Position numbers and translations under genes: made by a program. Positions 38,426 through 47,965 of a DNA stretch of 64,000 nucleotides are shown one piece after another. Each line of letters begins with the position of its first letter. Positions within the stretch are counted from its first letter, which is position 1. The DNA is from Salinispira sp. (GTDB lineage: Bacteria > Spirochaetota > Spirochaetia > DSM-27196 > Salinispiraceae): NCBI GenBank assembly GCA_965226555.1, contig CBDDDG010000021.1, positions 160,001-224,000 on the forward strand. Reading direction: 5' to 3'. The notes beneath the pieces are model-generated. The model was not told the DNA's origin, searched no databases, and worked only from the letters and a program-made list of their open reading frames with translations.

Positions 38426-41077
38426 TTATTGCTCGGTAGGTACCAGTTCCCGGTAGGCATCGGTCCCCTCTAAGGCTTCGTTTTCCTGTGCGAAATCCCA
38501 TGCGGTTTTTCCGTCTTCATTCTGCGCGTTAACATCGACGTCAGCGTTCAGCAGGGCGATAATGACATCGGGATTCTGGCTATTACGGGCAGCGGCCATC
38601 AGGGCTGTCTCTCCGTTTTTATTCTGCGCATTAATGTCAGCGCCGGCGTTCAGCAGGATGGTAATAATCTCGGGATTTTCGTTACGCCCGGAAGCCGCCA
38701 TCAGGGGAGTCCATCCGTCTTCATCCCGTACATTAACATTGGCGCCGGTGTTCAGGATGGTGGTAATAATTTCAGGGTTTTCGTTATTATCGGCAGCCAA
38801 CATCAGGGGAGTTGCTCCGCTTTCAGTCCGCGCATGAATATCAGCGCCGGCGTTCAGAAGGGTGGTAATGACATCGGGATTTTGGTTACTACGGGCAGCA
38901 AACATCAGGGGGGTGTTTCCCTTTACCGTCCACTCATGAATATCAGCGCCGGCGTTCAGCAGGGTGGTAATGACATCGGGATTGTGGTTATTAGCAGCAG
39001 CCAGCATCAGGGGGGTCGATCCGCTTTCAGTCCGCGCGTTAATATCGGCATTGGCATCAGCCCCGGCATTCAGAAGGGTGGTAATGATATCGGGGTTGTG
39101 GTTATTACGGGCAGCAAACATCAGGGGAATCTGTCCGTTTTCATCCTGCGCATGAATATCAGCCCCGGCATTGATGAGGGCGGTAATGACATCGGGGTTG
39201 TGGTTATTACGGGCAGCAAACATCAGAGCTGTTACTCCGTCTTCAGCCTGCGCGTTAATATCGACATTAGCATCAGCATCAGCCCCGGCATTCAGCAGGG
39301 TGGTAATGACATCGGGGTTGTGGTTATTACCGGCAGCAAACATCAGGGGAGTCTGTCCGTTTTCATTGTGCGCATGAATATCAGCCCCGGCGTTCAGCAG
39401 GGTGGTAATGACATCGGGATTTTGGTTATTACGGGCAGCAAACATCAGAGCTGTTACTCCGTCTTCGGCCTGCGCGTTAATATCGACATTGGCATCAGCA
39501 ATATCGGCATTGGCATTGGCGCGAGCATTCAGTAGGGTGGTAATGACATCGGGCTCTTGGTTGTTACGGGCAGCAAACATCAGGGGAGTCCGTCCGTCTT
39601 CGGTCTGCGCATTAATATCAGCTCCGGCATTCAGCAGAGTGGTAATGAGATCGGGGCTCTGGTTATTACCGGCAGCAAACATTAGGGCTGTTATTCCGTC
39701 TGAATTCCGCGCGTTAACATCGGCATCGGCGCCTGCGTTCAGCAGGGTGGTAATGACATCGGGGTTTTTATTGTTCCCTGCGGCAAACATCAGGGCTGTC
39801 ATTCCGTCTGAATTCTGCGCGTTAACATCAGCTCCGGCATTGATGAGGGTGATGATGATTTCACTGTTGCTGTTATATCTGGCAGCCCGCATCAGGGCTG
39901 TCGCTCCGTCTTCGGCCTGTGAGTTAATATCGGCATTGGCGCCTGCGTCCAACAGGGCGGTAATGAGATCGGGGCTTTGGTTATTACCGGCAGCCAATAT
40001 CAGGGCTGTCGCTCCGTATTCATTCTGCGCGTTAATATCGGCATTGGCATCAGCACCGGCATTGATGAGGGTTGTGATGATTTCAAGATTGCCGTTATAC
40101 CTCCTGACAGCCCACATTAGGGGAGTCCAACCGTCTTCATCCCGTACATTGGCATCGGCGCCGGCGTTCAGCAGGGCTGTGATGACTTCAAGGTTGCTGT
40201 TATTGCGGGCAGCCCACATCAGGGGAGTCCATCCGTTTTCATCCTGCGCGTTACTATCGACATTGGCATCGGCGCCGGCGTTCAGCAGGGTGATAATGAC
40301 ATCGGGGTTCTGGTTATTATGGGCAGCCCACATCAGGGGAGTCCATCCGTTTTCATCCTGCGCGTTAATATCAGCATTGGCATCGGCTCCGGCGCTCAGC
40401 AGGGCGGTAATAATTTCGGAATTCTCGTTATATCCGGCAGCTTCCATTAGGGCTGTCCTTCTGCGGTTATTCTGCGCATTAACATCAGCTCCGGCATTGA
40501 TGAGGGCGGTAATGACATCGGGATTTTGGTTATTACCGGCAGCCCACATCAGGGGAGTCAATCCGTCTTTGTTCTGCGCGTTAATATCGGCATTGGCATC
40601 AGTATCGGCATTGGCATTGATGAGGATGGTGATGATTTCACGGCTGCTGTTAAAACCGGCAGCCACCATCAGGGGAGTCGATCCGTCTTCAGTCCGCGCA
40701 TGAATATCCGCGCCGGCATTGATGAGGGTGGTGATGATTGCACGGTTACTGTTAAAACCGGCAGCCCACATCAGGGGCGTCCCGCTGTCTTTGTTCTGCG
40801 CATTAACATCGGCTCCGGCATCGATGAGGGCTGTGATGACATCGGGGTTTCCGTTATTGCCGGCAGCCAACATCAGGGGAGTCAATCCGTCTTCATTCTG
40901 CGCGTGAGGATCTATGGTTCCTGCGTTCAGAGCATTCTGCAGATCTTCATACGACAGATTGACCCAGTTTTCCTGTTCTATCCATTCCTGTGTGGAGATG
41001 AGATTGTCCTGCGCTGAGAGGAGACTGCTGATACACAGCAGTGTCGTCAATAGTATTAAAAAATTGCGTATTTTCAT
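38426..41077 (-). CDS. Secreted ankyrin repeat protein A6 (~22 repeats)
   Basis: Signal peptide MKIRNFLILLTTLLCISSLLSAQ, many repeats with ADANAD loop insertions, C-cap ELVPTEQ. Confidence 0.92.
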   Translation of the reverse strand: MKIRNFLILLTTLLCISSLLSAQDNLISTQEWIEQENWVNLSYEDLQNALNAGTIDPHAQNEDGLTPLMLAAGNNGNPDVITALIDAGADVNAQNKDSGTPLMWAAGFNSNRAIITTLINAGADIHARTEDGSTPLMVAAGFNSSREIITILINANADTDANADINAQNKDGLTPLMWAAGNNQNPDVITALINAGADVNAQNNRRRTALMEAAGYNENSEIITALLSAGADANADINAQDENGWTPLMWAAHNNQNPDVIITLLNAGADANVDSNAQDENGWTPLMWAARNNSNLEVITALLNAGADANVRDEDGWTPLMWAVRRYNGNLEIITTLINAGADANADINAQNEYGATALILAAGNNQSPDLITALLDAGANADINSQAEDGATALMRAARYNSNSEIIITLINAGADVNAQNSDGMTALMFAAGNNKNPDVITTLLNAGADADVNARNSDGITALMFAAGNNQSPDLITTLLNAGADINAQTEDGRTPLMFAARNNQEPDVITTLLNARANANADIADANVDINAQAEDGVTALMFAARNNQNPDVITTLLNAGADIHAHNENGQTPLMFAAGNNHNPDVITTLLNAGADADANVDINAQAEDGVTALMFAARNNHNPDVITALINAGADIHAQDENGQIPLMFAARNNHNPDIITTLLNAGADANADINARTESGSTPLMLAAANNHNPDVITTLLNAGADIHEWTVKGNTPLMFAARSNQNPDVITTLLNAGADIHARTESGATPLMLAADNNENPEIITTILNTGANVNVRDEDGWTPLMAASGRNENPEIITILLNAGADINAQNKNGETALMAAARNSQNPDVIIALLNADVDVNAQNEDGKTAWDFAQENEALEGTDAYRELVPTEQ

Positions 41078-41670
41078 AACCGCCTTCTGTTGAGTTCCCA
41101 GTAGGCATCGGTTCCCTGTAAGGCATCATTTTCCTGTATGAGATCCCATGCGGTTTTTCTGGGGTAGAGGGTTCCCATGGTAACATTAGCGCCTGCGTTC
41201 AGCAGGGTGGTAATAATTTCGGGATTTTCGTTGTATCCGGCAGCTTCCATCAGGGCTGTCCATCTGCGCTTATTCTGCGCATTAATATCAGCGCCGGCAT
41301 TGATGAGGGCGGTAATGACATTGGGATTTTGGTTATTACGGGCAGCAAACATCAGGGGAGTTGATCCGTTTTCATCCCGCGCATTAATATCAGCGCCGAC
41401 GTTGATGAGGACGGTAATGACATCGGGGTTTTGGTTATTGCCGGCAGCAAACATCAGGGGAGTTCTTCCGTATTTATCCCGCGTATTAATATCAATTCCT
41501 GCGCTCAGAGCATTCTGCGCATCTTCATACGACAGATTGACCCAATTTTCCGATTCCGTCCATCCCTGCGCGGAGAGAATACTGTCCTGCGCGGAGAGAA
41601 GACTGCCGATGCGCAGCAGCAACATCAATAGTATTAAAAAATTGTGGGTGAATCCACCGTGTATTTTCAT
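41074..41670 (-). CDS. Secreted ankyrin repeat protein A7 (~3 repeats)
   Basis: Signal peptide ...NFLILLMLLLRIGSLLSAQ. The 3' part is nearly identical to the 3' part of A8. Confidence 0.85.
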   Translation of the reverse strand: MKIHGGFTHNFLILLMLLLRIGSLLSAQDSILSAQGWTESENWVNLSYEDAQNALSAGIDINTRDKYGRTPLMFAAGNNQNPDVITVLINVGADINARDENGSTPLMFAARNNQNPNVITALINAGADINAQNKRRWTALMEAAGYNENPEIITTLLNAGANVTMGTLYPRKTAWDLIQENDALQGTDAYWELNRRRL

Positions 41671-41674
41671 ATGT

Positions 41675-44092
41675 TCAAAACCGCCTTTGGTTGAGTTCCC
41701 AGTAAGCATCGGTTCTCTTTAAGGCATCATTTTCCTGTATGAGATCCCATGCGGTTTTTCTGGGGTAGAGGGTTCCCATGGTAACATTAGCGCCGGCGTT
41801 CAGCAGGGTGGTAATAATTTCAGGATTTTCGTTATATCCGGCAGTAAACATCAGGGAAGTCCATCTGCGCTTATTCTGCGCATTAATATCAGCGCCTGCA
41901 TTGATGAGGGCGGTAACGACATTGGGATTTTGGTTATTACGGGCGGCAGCCATCAGGGGAGTCGATCCGCTTTCATCCCGCGCATTAATATCAGCGCCGA
42001 CATTGATGAGGGTGGTAACGACATTAGGGTTTTGGTTATTGCCGGCAGCAAACATCAGGGGAGTTTCTCCGTATTCGGTCCGCGCATAAATGTCAGCTCC
42101 GGCATTGATGAGGGTGGTAATGACATCAAGGTTTTGGTTATTACGGGCAGCAGCCATCAGAGCCGTTCTTCCATCTCCCGTCTGCGCGTGAATATCAGCT
42201 CCGGCATTCAGAAGGACTGTGATGATGTCAGGATTTTGGTTATTACGGGCAGCCACCATCAGGGGAGTCCATCCGCCTCCCGTCCGCGCATGAATGTCAG
42301 CCCCGGCATTCAGGAGGGCTGTGATGATTTCACGGTTTCTGTTATACCCGGCAGCCCACATCAGGGGGGTCAATCCGTATTCGGTGTGCGCATTAATATC
42401 AGCGCCTGCATTCAGGAGAACTGTGATGACTTCCGGGTTTTGGTTATTACCGGCAGCCCACATCAGGATGGTATCTTCGTATTCATCCTGTACGTTAACC
42501 TCAGCATTCAGCAGGGCGGTAATGACATCGGGATTTTGGTTATTGCCGGTATTGAAGGCAGCCCTCATCAGGGGAGTTTCTCTGCTTTCAGTGCGCCCAT
42601 TAACATCATCAGCGCCGGCATTGATGAGGGTGGTGATGATTTCACGGTTGCTGTTATTGAAGGCAGCCAGCATCAGGGGAGTTTCTCCGTATTCAGTCTG
42701 CGCATTAACATCGGCGCCGACATTGATGAGGGCTGTGATGATTTCACGGTTGCCGTTGTTGTAGGCAGCCAGCATCAGAGGAGTTTCTCCGTCTTCGGTC
42801 TGTGTATGAATATCAGCATCGGCATTCAGCAGGGTGGTGATAATTTCGGGATTTGCATTATATTCGGCAGCCCACATCAGGGGAGTTTTTCCGTCTTTAT
42901 TCTGCGCATTAACCTCAGCCCCCGCATTCAGCAGGGCGGTAATGACATCGGGGTTTTGGTTATTGCCAGCAGCCAGCATCAGGGGAGTTCTTCCGTTTCC
43001 CGTCCGCGCGTTAACATCGGCATTGACTCCGGCATTCAGCAGGGTGGTAATGACATCGGGGTTTTGGTTATTTTCGGCAGCCGCCATCAGGGGAGTCCAT
43101 CCGTTTACGTCCCGCGCGTTAACATCAGCATTGGCATCGGCGTTCAGCAGGGTGGTAATGACATCGGGGTTTTGGTTATTACCGGCAGCCAGCATCAGGG
43201 CTGTCCATCCGTTTACATTCTGCGCGTTAACATCGGCGCCGGCCTTCAGCAGGGTGGTGATGACATCGGGGTTTTGCTTATTACGGGCAGCAACCATCAG
43301 GGCTGTCCATCCGTTTACATTCTGCGCGTTAACATCGGCGCCGGCCTTCAGCAGGGCGGTGATGATATCGGGGTTTTGCTTATTGTCGGAGGCAATCATC
43401 AGGGCTGTCCATCCGTTTACATCCTGCGCGTTAACATCGGCGCCGGCATTCAGCAGGTCGGTGATGATTTCACGGTTGTCGTAATACTTAACAGCCCACA
43501 TCAGGATGGTTTCTCCGTATTCAGTCTGCGCGTTAATGTCGGCTCTGGCATTGATGAGGGCGGCGATGACATCGGGGTTTTGGTTATTACGGGCAGCAAG
43601 CAACAGGGGAGTCCATCCGTCTTCATCCCGCGCGTTAACATCGGCGCCGGACTTCAGGATGGCGGTGATAATTTCGGGATTTCTGTTATATCCGGCAGCA
43701 AACATCAGGGGAGTGAATCCGTCTTTAGCCTGCGCATGAATGTCAGCATCGGCATTGATGAGAGTGGTAATGACATCAGGATTCTGGTTATTAAAGGCAG
43801 CAAACATGAGGGCTGTTCCTCCGTCCTCAGTGCGCGCAGTAACATCGGCTCCGGCATTAATGAGGGTGGTAATGACATTGGGGTTTTGCTTATGCCAAGC
43901 AGCCGCCATTAGGATGGTTTCTCCGTATGCGTTCTGCTCATTAGGTTCCAAGGTTCCTGCGCTCAGGGTATTCTGCAGATCTTCATACGACAGATTGACC
44001 CAACGTTCCGGATATGCCCAGTCCTGCGCGGGGAGGAGTCTGCCGATGCACAGCAACACCATCAATATCATTAAAAAAGTGTGGGTTTTCAT
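41675..44092 (-). CDS. Secreted ankyrin repeat protein A8 (~21 repeats)
   Basis: Signal peptide MKTHTFLMILMVLLCIGRLLPAQ, C-cap ELNQRRF. Confidence 0.92.
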   Translation of the reverse strand: MKTHTFLMILMVLLCIGRLLPAQDWAYPERWVNLSYEDLQNTLSAGTLEPNEQNAYGETILMAAAWHKQNPNVITTLINAGADVTARTEDGGTALMFAAFNNQNPDVITTLINADADIHAQAKDGFTPLMFAAGYNRNPEIITAILKSGADVNARDEDGWTPLLLAARNNQNPDVIAALINARADINAQTEYGETILMWAVKYYDNREIITDLLNAGADVNAQDVNGWTALMIASDNKQNPDIITALLKAGADVNAQNVNGWTALMVAARNKQNPDVITTLLKAGADVNAQNVNGWTALMLAAGNNQNPDVITTLLNADANADVNARDVNGWTPLMAAAENNQNPDVITTLLNAGVNADVNARTGNGRTPLMLAAGNNQNPDVITALLNAGAEVNAQNKDGKTPLMWAAEYNANPEIITTLLNADADIHTQTEDGETPLMLAAYNNGNREIITALINVGADVNAQTEYGETPLMLAAFNNSNREIITTLINAGADDVNGRTESRETPLMRAAFNTGNNQNPDVITALLNAEVNVQDEYEDTILMWAAGNNQNPEVITVLLNAGADINAHTEYGLTPLMWAAGYNRNREIITALLNAGADIHARTGGGWTPLMVAARNNQNPDIITVLLNAGADIHAQTGDGRTALMAAARNNQNLDVITTLINAGADIYARTEYGETPLMFAAGNNQNPNVVTTLINVGADINARDESGSTPLMAAARNNQNPNVVTALINAGADINAQNKRRWTSLMFTAGYNENPEIITTLLNAGANVTMGTLYPRKTAWDLIQENDALKRTDAYWELNQRRF

Positions 44093-44341
44093 AATGGGCA
44101 AGTGTATATGAAAGTTTTGTAAAATGCAACTCTTTCTAAGAGGTCATCACTTTTTTCAATAAATTACTGAAATTCTCTGAATCTTCTGGCCCCGGAGATT
44201 TTAAAATCTCTGAAATAAGAAAACGATGTAAAAAATATTTAAGAATCTTATTTTTTTGCTGTTCTGAAAGGAATGAATTGATCTTGCTTCGATTTAACGG
44301 ACACTCTTCTAAGCACGATACTATAGGGAGAGGAGAGTGTT

Positions 44342-44632
44342 ATGGAAACACGGAAAGTCAGAAAATTCTATGCTGAGGATTTTAAGGAACAGGCTGTGGA
44401 GCTTGCCAAAGAAATTGGCACGAAGCAGGCGACGGAAAAGCTGGGTATAGCAAGTTATCATACCCTCGCGAAATGGGTTCGGAACGACCAGAAAGGTCCC
44501 GAGTTTCGGGAACTTCAGGAAGCCCTGGCCGAGAACAAACGATTGAGAAAGGAACTGCGCGCCGAGAAAAAGGCGGTGGCAATACTCAATGATGCAATGG
44601 TTTTTTTTTGCAGAAAGGAGAGCCTGAAATGA
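44342..44632 (+). CDS. IS3 transposase OrfA (HTH + leucine zipper)
   Basis: RKFYAEDFKEQAV...TLAKWV...ENKRLRKEL. Confidence 0.9.
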   Translation: METRKVRKFYAEDFKEQAVELAKEIGTKQATEKLGIASYHTLAKWVRNDQKGPEFRELQEALAENKRLRKELRAEKKAVAILNDAMVFFCRKESLK

Positions 44633-45513
44633 AGTATCGAGGAATTGAGCAGCTGAAGCAGACCGGACATGCTGTTGCACCATGCTGCAAACTTCTGAAG
44701 GTGTCCAGCTCGGGATTCTATGACTGGCTTAAGAGAGAACCGTCCAAAAACACCCGCAGGGATGATGAGCTTACGGGTAAAATCCTGCGTGTGTATACTG
44801 AAAATAAGGGATGCTACGGTTCGCCCCGAATTCACCGGCTGCTGCATCTTCATGGTGAAGCAATCGGGAGGAACCGAGTCGCCCGGCTTATGAGGGAATC
44901 GGGGCTCAATGCGGGGAGAACGAAGGCATATCGCCCGCGAACAACAATGAGCAATCCATCCCAGAAGAAGTCTCCGCGGGTGTTTCGCATTGAAAGCTCC
45001 ACGGTTACGAAAGCGAATGAGGTCTGGGCATCGGACCTCACGTACCTGCCCGCCGGCGCAGGATTTGCGTACCTTGTTGTGGTTCTGGACATCTATACCC
45101 GGGAAATTACGGGCTGGAATGTCAGTGATTCCATGGAGAGCACACAGACGGAAAAGGCTCTGTTACAGGCCGTACGGAGAACTCCCGGGGAGTTGAATAG
45201 CTTGGTCTTTCATTCAGATCAGGGAACGCAGTATTGCGCGCAGAGCATTCGAGACAAACTGGAAATGTTACATATTACCCAGTCGATGTCGAGAAGGGGG
45301 AATTGCTACGATAATGCCTTTGTGGAAAGTTTTTTCCACACGCTGAAGAATGAGCTTGGTAAGCCGAGGTTTCAGAACCTTCAGGAGGCGCGGAAGATAG
45401 TTTTTGAATACATCAACTGGTATAACCGAGAGAGGCTTCATTCTTCTCTTGACTATATGAGTCCGATGAATTATGCTTTGAAAACAGCAGGAGAATCCTG
45501 TTGTGTTGCTTAG
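44629..45513 (+). CDS. IS3 transposase OrfB (rve/DDE integrase core)
   Basis: Motifs YGSPRI, WASDLTY, FHSDQGTQY, GNCYDNAFVESFFHTLKNE and YNRERLHSSL. In the -1 frame relative to orfA. Confidence 0.95.
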   Translation: MKYRGIEQLKQTGHAVAPCCKLLKVSSSGFYDWLKREPSKNTRRDDELTGKILRVYTENKGCYGSPRIHRLLHLHGEAIGRNRVARLMRESGLNAGRTKAYRPRTTMSNPSQKKSPRVFRIESSTVTKANEVWASDLTYLPAGAGFAYLVVVLDIYTREITGWNVSDSMESTQTEKALLQAVRRTPGELNSLVFHSDQGTQYCAQSIRDKLEMLHITQSMSRRGNCYDNAFVESFFHTLKNELGKPRFQNLQEARKIVFEYINWYNRERLHSSLDYMSPMNYALKTAGESCCVA

Positions 45514-45869
45514 CGGATTGTCCGAATTTTCGAAGCAAGATCAGTGGTGATAATTTCGGGATTTTTGTTATTACTGGTAGCCTCCATCAGGGGAGTCCAT
45601 CCGTATTCATCCCGCGCGTTAACATCAGCTCCGGCATTGATGAGGGCGGTAATGACATCGGGGTTTTGGTTATAAACGGCAGCAAACATCAGGGGAGTTT
45701 CTCCGTATTCACCCCTCGCATGTACATCTATGGTTCCTGCAATCAGATCATTCTGCAGATATTCATACGACAGATTTTCCCAGTATTCCTCGCTAGCCCA
45801 GTCCTGCGCAGGGAGGAGACTGCCGATGCACAGTAGCATCAATATCATTGAAAAATTGTGAGTTTTCAT
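45510..45869 (-). pseudogene. Ankyrin gene A9 truncated by IS3
   Basis: Signal peptide, N-cap and ~1.7 repeats, then the frame runs into the IS end at 45543 (EIITT|DLASKIRTIR*). Confidence 0.9.
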
Positions 45870-45877
45870 AATGGTTA

Positions 45878-45906
45878 AGTGTATATGAAAGTTTTGCAAA
45901 ATGCAA
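45878..45906 (-). promoter_or_regulatory. Putative promoter shared by ankyrin genes A8/A9/A10 (TTGCAT-17-TACACT, TTTTGCAAAA palindrome in spacer)
   Basis: Near-identical blocks at 44101-44129, 45878-45906 and 47974-48002, each ending 8 nt before the ATG. Confidence 0.5.
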
Positions 45907-45970
45907 CGGTTTCTATATGATGTCGCAGGAATAAAGTATTTACCGTTGGATACAATATACCTCCGATTTT

Positions 45971-47965
45971 TTAGAACCGCCTGTCACTTAGTTCCCAGTA
46001 GGCATCGGTTCCCTCTAAGTCCTCGTTTTCCTGTATGAGGTCCCATGCGGTTTTTCCATTTTTGGCCCGTAGGTTAGCATCAGCACCGCCGTTCAGCAGG
46101 GCGATAATAATGACATCGGAATTTTCATTATATCTGGCAGCCCACACAGCCCATATCAGGGGAGTCCTACCGTATTCATCCCGCGCATTAACATCAGCCC
46201 CTGCATTAAGCAGGGTGGTAATGACATCGGGGTTTTTATTATATTCGGCAGCATTCATTAGGGCTGTCATTCCGTCTTCATCCCGTGCATGAATATCGGC
46301 GCCAGCATTGATGAGGGCTGTGATGACATCGGGATTTTGGTTACTGCCGGCAGCCCGCATCAGGGGAGTCCTTCCGAATTTATCCCGCGCGTTAACATCA
46401 GCTCCGGCATTGATGAGGGCTGTGATGACATCGGGATTTTGGTTACTGCCGGCAGCCCGCATCAGGGGAGTCCTTCCGAATTTATCCCGCGCGTTAACAT
46501 CAGCTCCGGCATTGATGAGGGCGGTGATGACATCGGGATTTTCGTTAACGGCAGCCTGCATCAGGGGAGTCCTTCCGAATTTATCCCGCGCATGAACATC
46601 AGCTCCGGCATTGATGAGGGCGGTAATGACATCGGAGTTTTCGTTCCAAAGGGCAGCCCACATCAGGGGAGTTTCTCCGTATTTATTCTGCGCATGAATA
46701 TCAGCCCCTGCATTGATGAGGCCGGTGATAATTTCGGGGTTTTCGTTCCAACGGACAGCCCGCATCAGGGGAGTCCATCCGTCTTCATCCCGTACGTTAA
46801 CATCAGCGCCAGCATTGATGAGGGCTGTGATGACATCGGGGTTTTCGTTATATTTGGCAGCCAGCAACAAGGGAGTTTCTCCGTCTTTATCCCGCGCGTT
46901 AACATCAGCTCCGGCATTGATGAGGGCGGTAATGACATCGGGGTTTTCGTTATATTTGGCAGCCAGCAACAAGGGAGTTTCTCCGTCTTTATCCCGTACG
47001 TTAACATCAGCTCCGGCATTGATGAGGTCGGTAATGACATCGGAGTTTTCGTTCCAAAGGGCAGCCCGCATCAGGGGAGTCCATCCGTATTTATTCTGCG
47101 CATGAATATCAGCCCCTGCATTGATGAGGCCGGTGATAATTTCGGGATTTTGGTTACTGCCGGCAGCCCGCATCAGGGGAGTCCATCCGTCTTCATCCTG
47201 CGCATTAACATCGGCGCCAGCATTGATGAGGGTGGTAATAATTTCAGGATTTTCGTTATACCGGGTAGCCAACAACAAGGGAGTCCGTCCGTCTTCATCC
47301 CGCGCGTTAACATCAGCTCCGGCATTGATGAGGGCGGTAATAACATTCGAGTTTTGGTTCCAAGCGGCAGCCAGCAACAAGGGAGTCCGTCCGTATTTAT
47401 TCTGCGCGTTAACATCAGCTCCGGCATTGATGAGGGTGGTAATGACATCGAGGTTTTCGTTATATTCGGCGGCCCACATCAGGAGAACCTCTCCGTATTC
47501 ATCTTGTTGATTAACATCAGCCCAGGCATTGATGAGGGCGGTAATGACATCAGGGTTTTCGTTATATCTGGCAACCAACATCAGGATGGTTTCTCCGTTT
47601 TCAGTCTGTACATGAATATCAGCCCCTGCATTCAGCAGGGTAGTAATAACATCGGGGTTTTGGTTATTTTCGGCAGCCAACATCAGGAGAGTCCATCCGT
47701 CTTCAGTCCGCGCATGAATATCCGATCCGGCATTGATGAGGGCGGTAATGACATCGGGGTTTTGGTTAAAGAAGGCAGCAAACATCAGGGGAGTGTTTCC
47801 GTATTTACCCCTCGCATGTACATCTATGGTTCCTGCAATCAGATCATTCTGCAGATCTTCATACGACAGATTTTCCCAGTATTCCTCGGTAGCCCATTCC
47901 TGCGCGGGGAGGAGACTGCCGATACACAGCAGCATCAATATCATTAAAAAATTGTGGGTTTTCAT
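45971..47965 (-). CDS. Secreted ankyrin repeat protein A10 (~17 repeats)
   Basis: Signal peptide MKTHNFLMILMLLCIGSLLPAQ, adjacent near-identical 102-bp units, C-cap ELSDRRF. Confidence 0.92.
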   Translation of the reverse strand: MKTHNFLMILMLLCIGSLLPAQEWATEEYWENLSYEDLQNDLIAGTIDVHARGKYGNTPLMFAAFFNQNPDVITALINAGSDIHARTEDGWTLLMLAAENNQNPDVITTLLNAGADIHVQTENGETILMLVARYNENPDVITALINAWADVNQQDEYGEVLLMWAAEYNENLDVITTLINAGADVNAQNKYGRTPLLLAAAWNQNSNVITALINAGADVNARDEDGRTPLLLATRYNENPEIITTLINAGADVNAQDEDGWTPLMRAAGSNQNPEIITGLINAGADIHAQNKYGWTPLMRAALWNENSDVITDLINAGADVNVRDKDGETPLLLAAKYNENPDVITALINAGADVNARDKDGETPLLLAAKYNENPDVITALINAGADVNVRDEDGWTPLMRAVRWNENPEIITGLINAGADIHAQNKYGETPLMWAALWNENSDVITALINAGADVHARDKFGRTPLMQAAVNENPDVITALINAGADVNARDKFGRTPLMRAAGSNQNPDVITALINAGADVNARDKFGRTPLMRAAGSNQNPDVITALINAGADIHARDEDGMTALMNAAEYNKNPDVITTLLNAGADVNARDEYGRTPLIWAVWAARYNENSDVIIIALLNGGADANLRAKNGKTAWDLIQENEDLEGTDAYWELSDRRF

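Larger units (their letters stand above)
44279..45543 (+). mobile_element. IS3-family insertion sequence (1265 bp)
   Basis: Terminal inverted repeats TGATCTTGCTTCGAtttaaCGGACA / TGTCCGaatttTCGAAGCAAGATCA with TG...CA ends. Contains orfA and orfB. No target duplication visible. Confidence 0.95.

Noticed and set aside
41930..43912. Very long + strand ORFs opposite the ankyrin genes (also 31313-32584, 39402-40703, 46289-47947)
   Set aside because: They are shadows of a repeated unit that lacks stops in antisense frames. They have no RBS, no independent motifs and the same 34-aa period.
23184..47965. Diversity-generating retroelement acting on ankyrin genes
   Set aside because: No reverse transcriptase is present in the window. 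Differences between repeats are not visibly restricted to adenines, and I found no non-coding template repeat. A trans-acting element elsewhere cannot be excluded.
23184..47965. Integron cassette array (co-oriented genes with TA and methylase)
   Set aside because: No integrase and no recurring attC-like site between genes was found. Shared intergenic DNA is explained by duplication.
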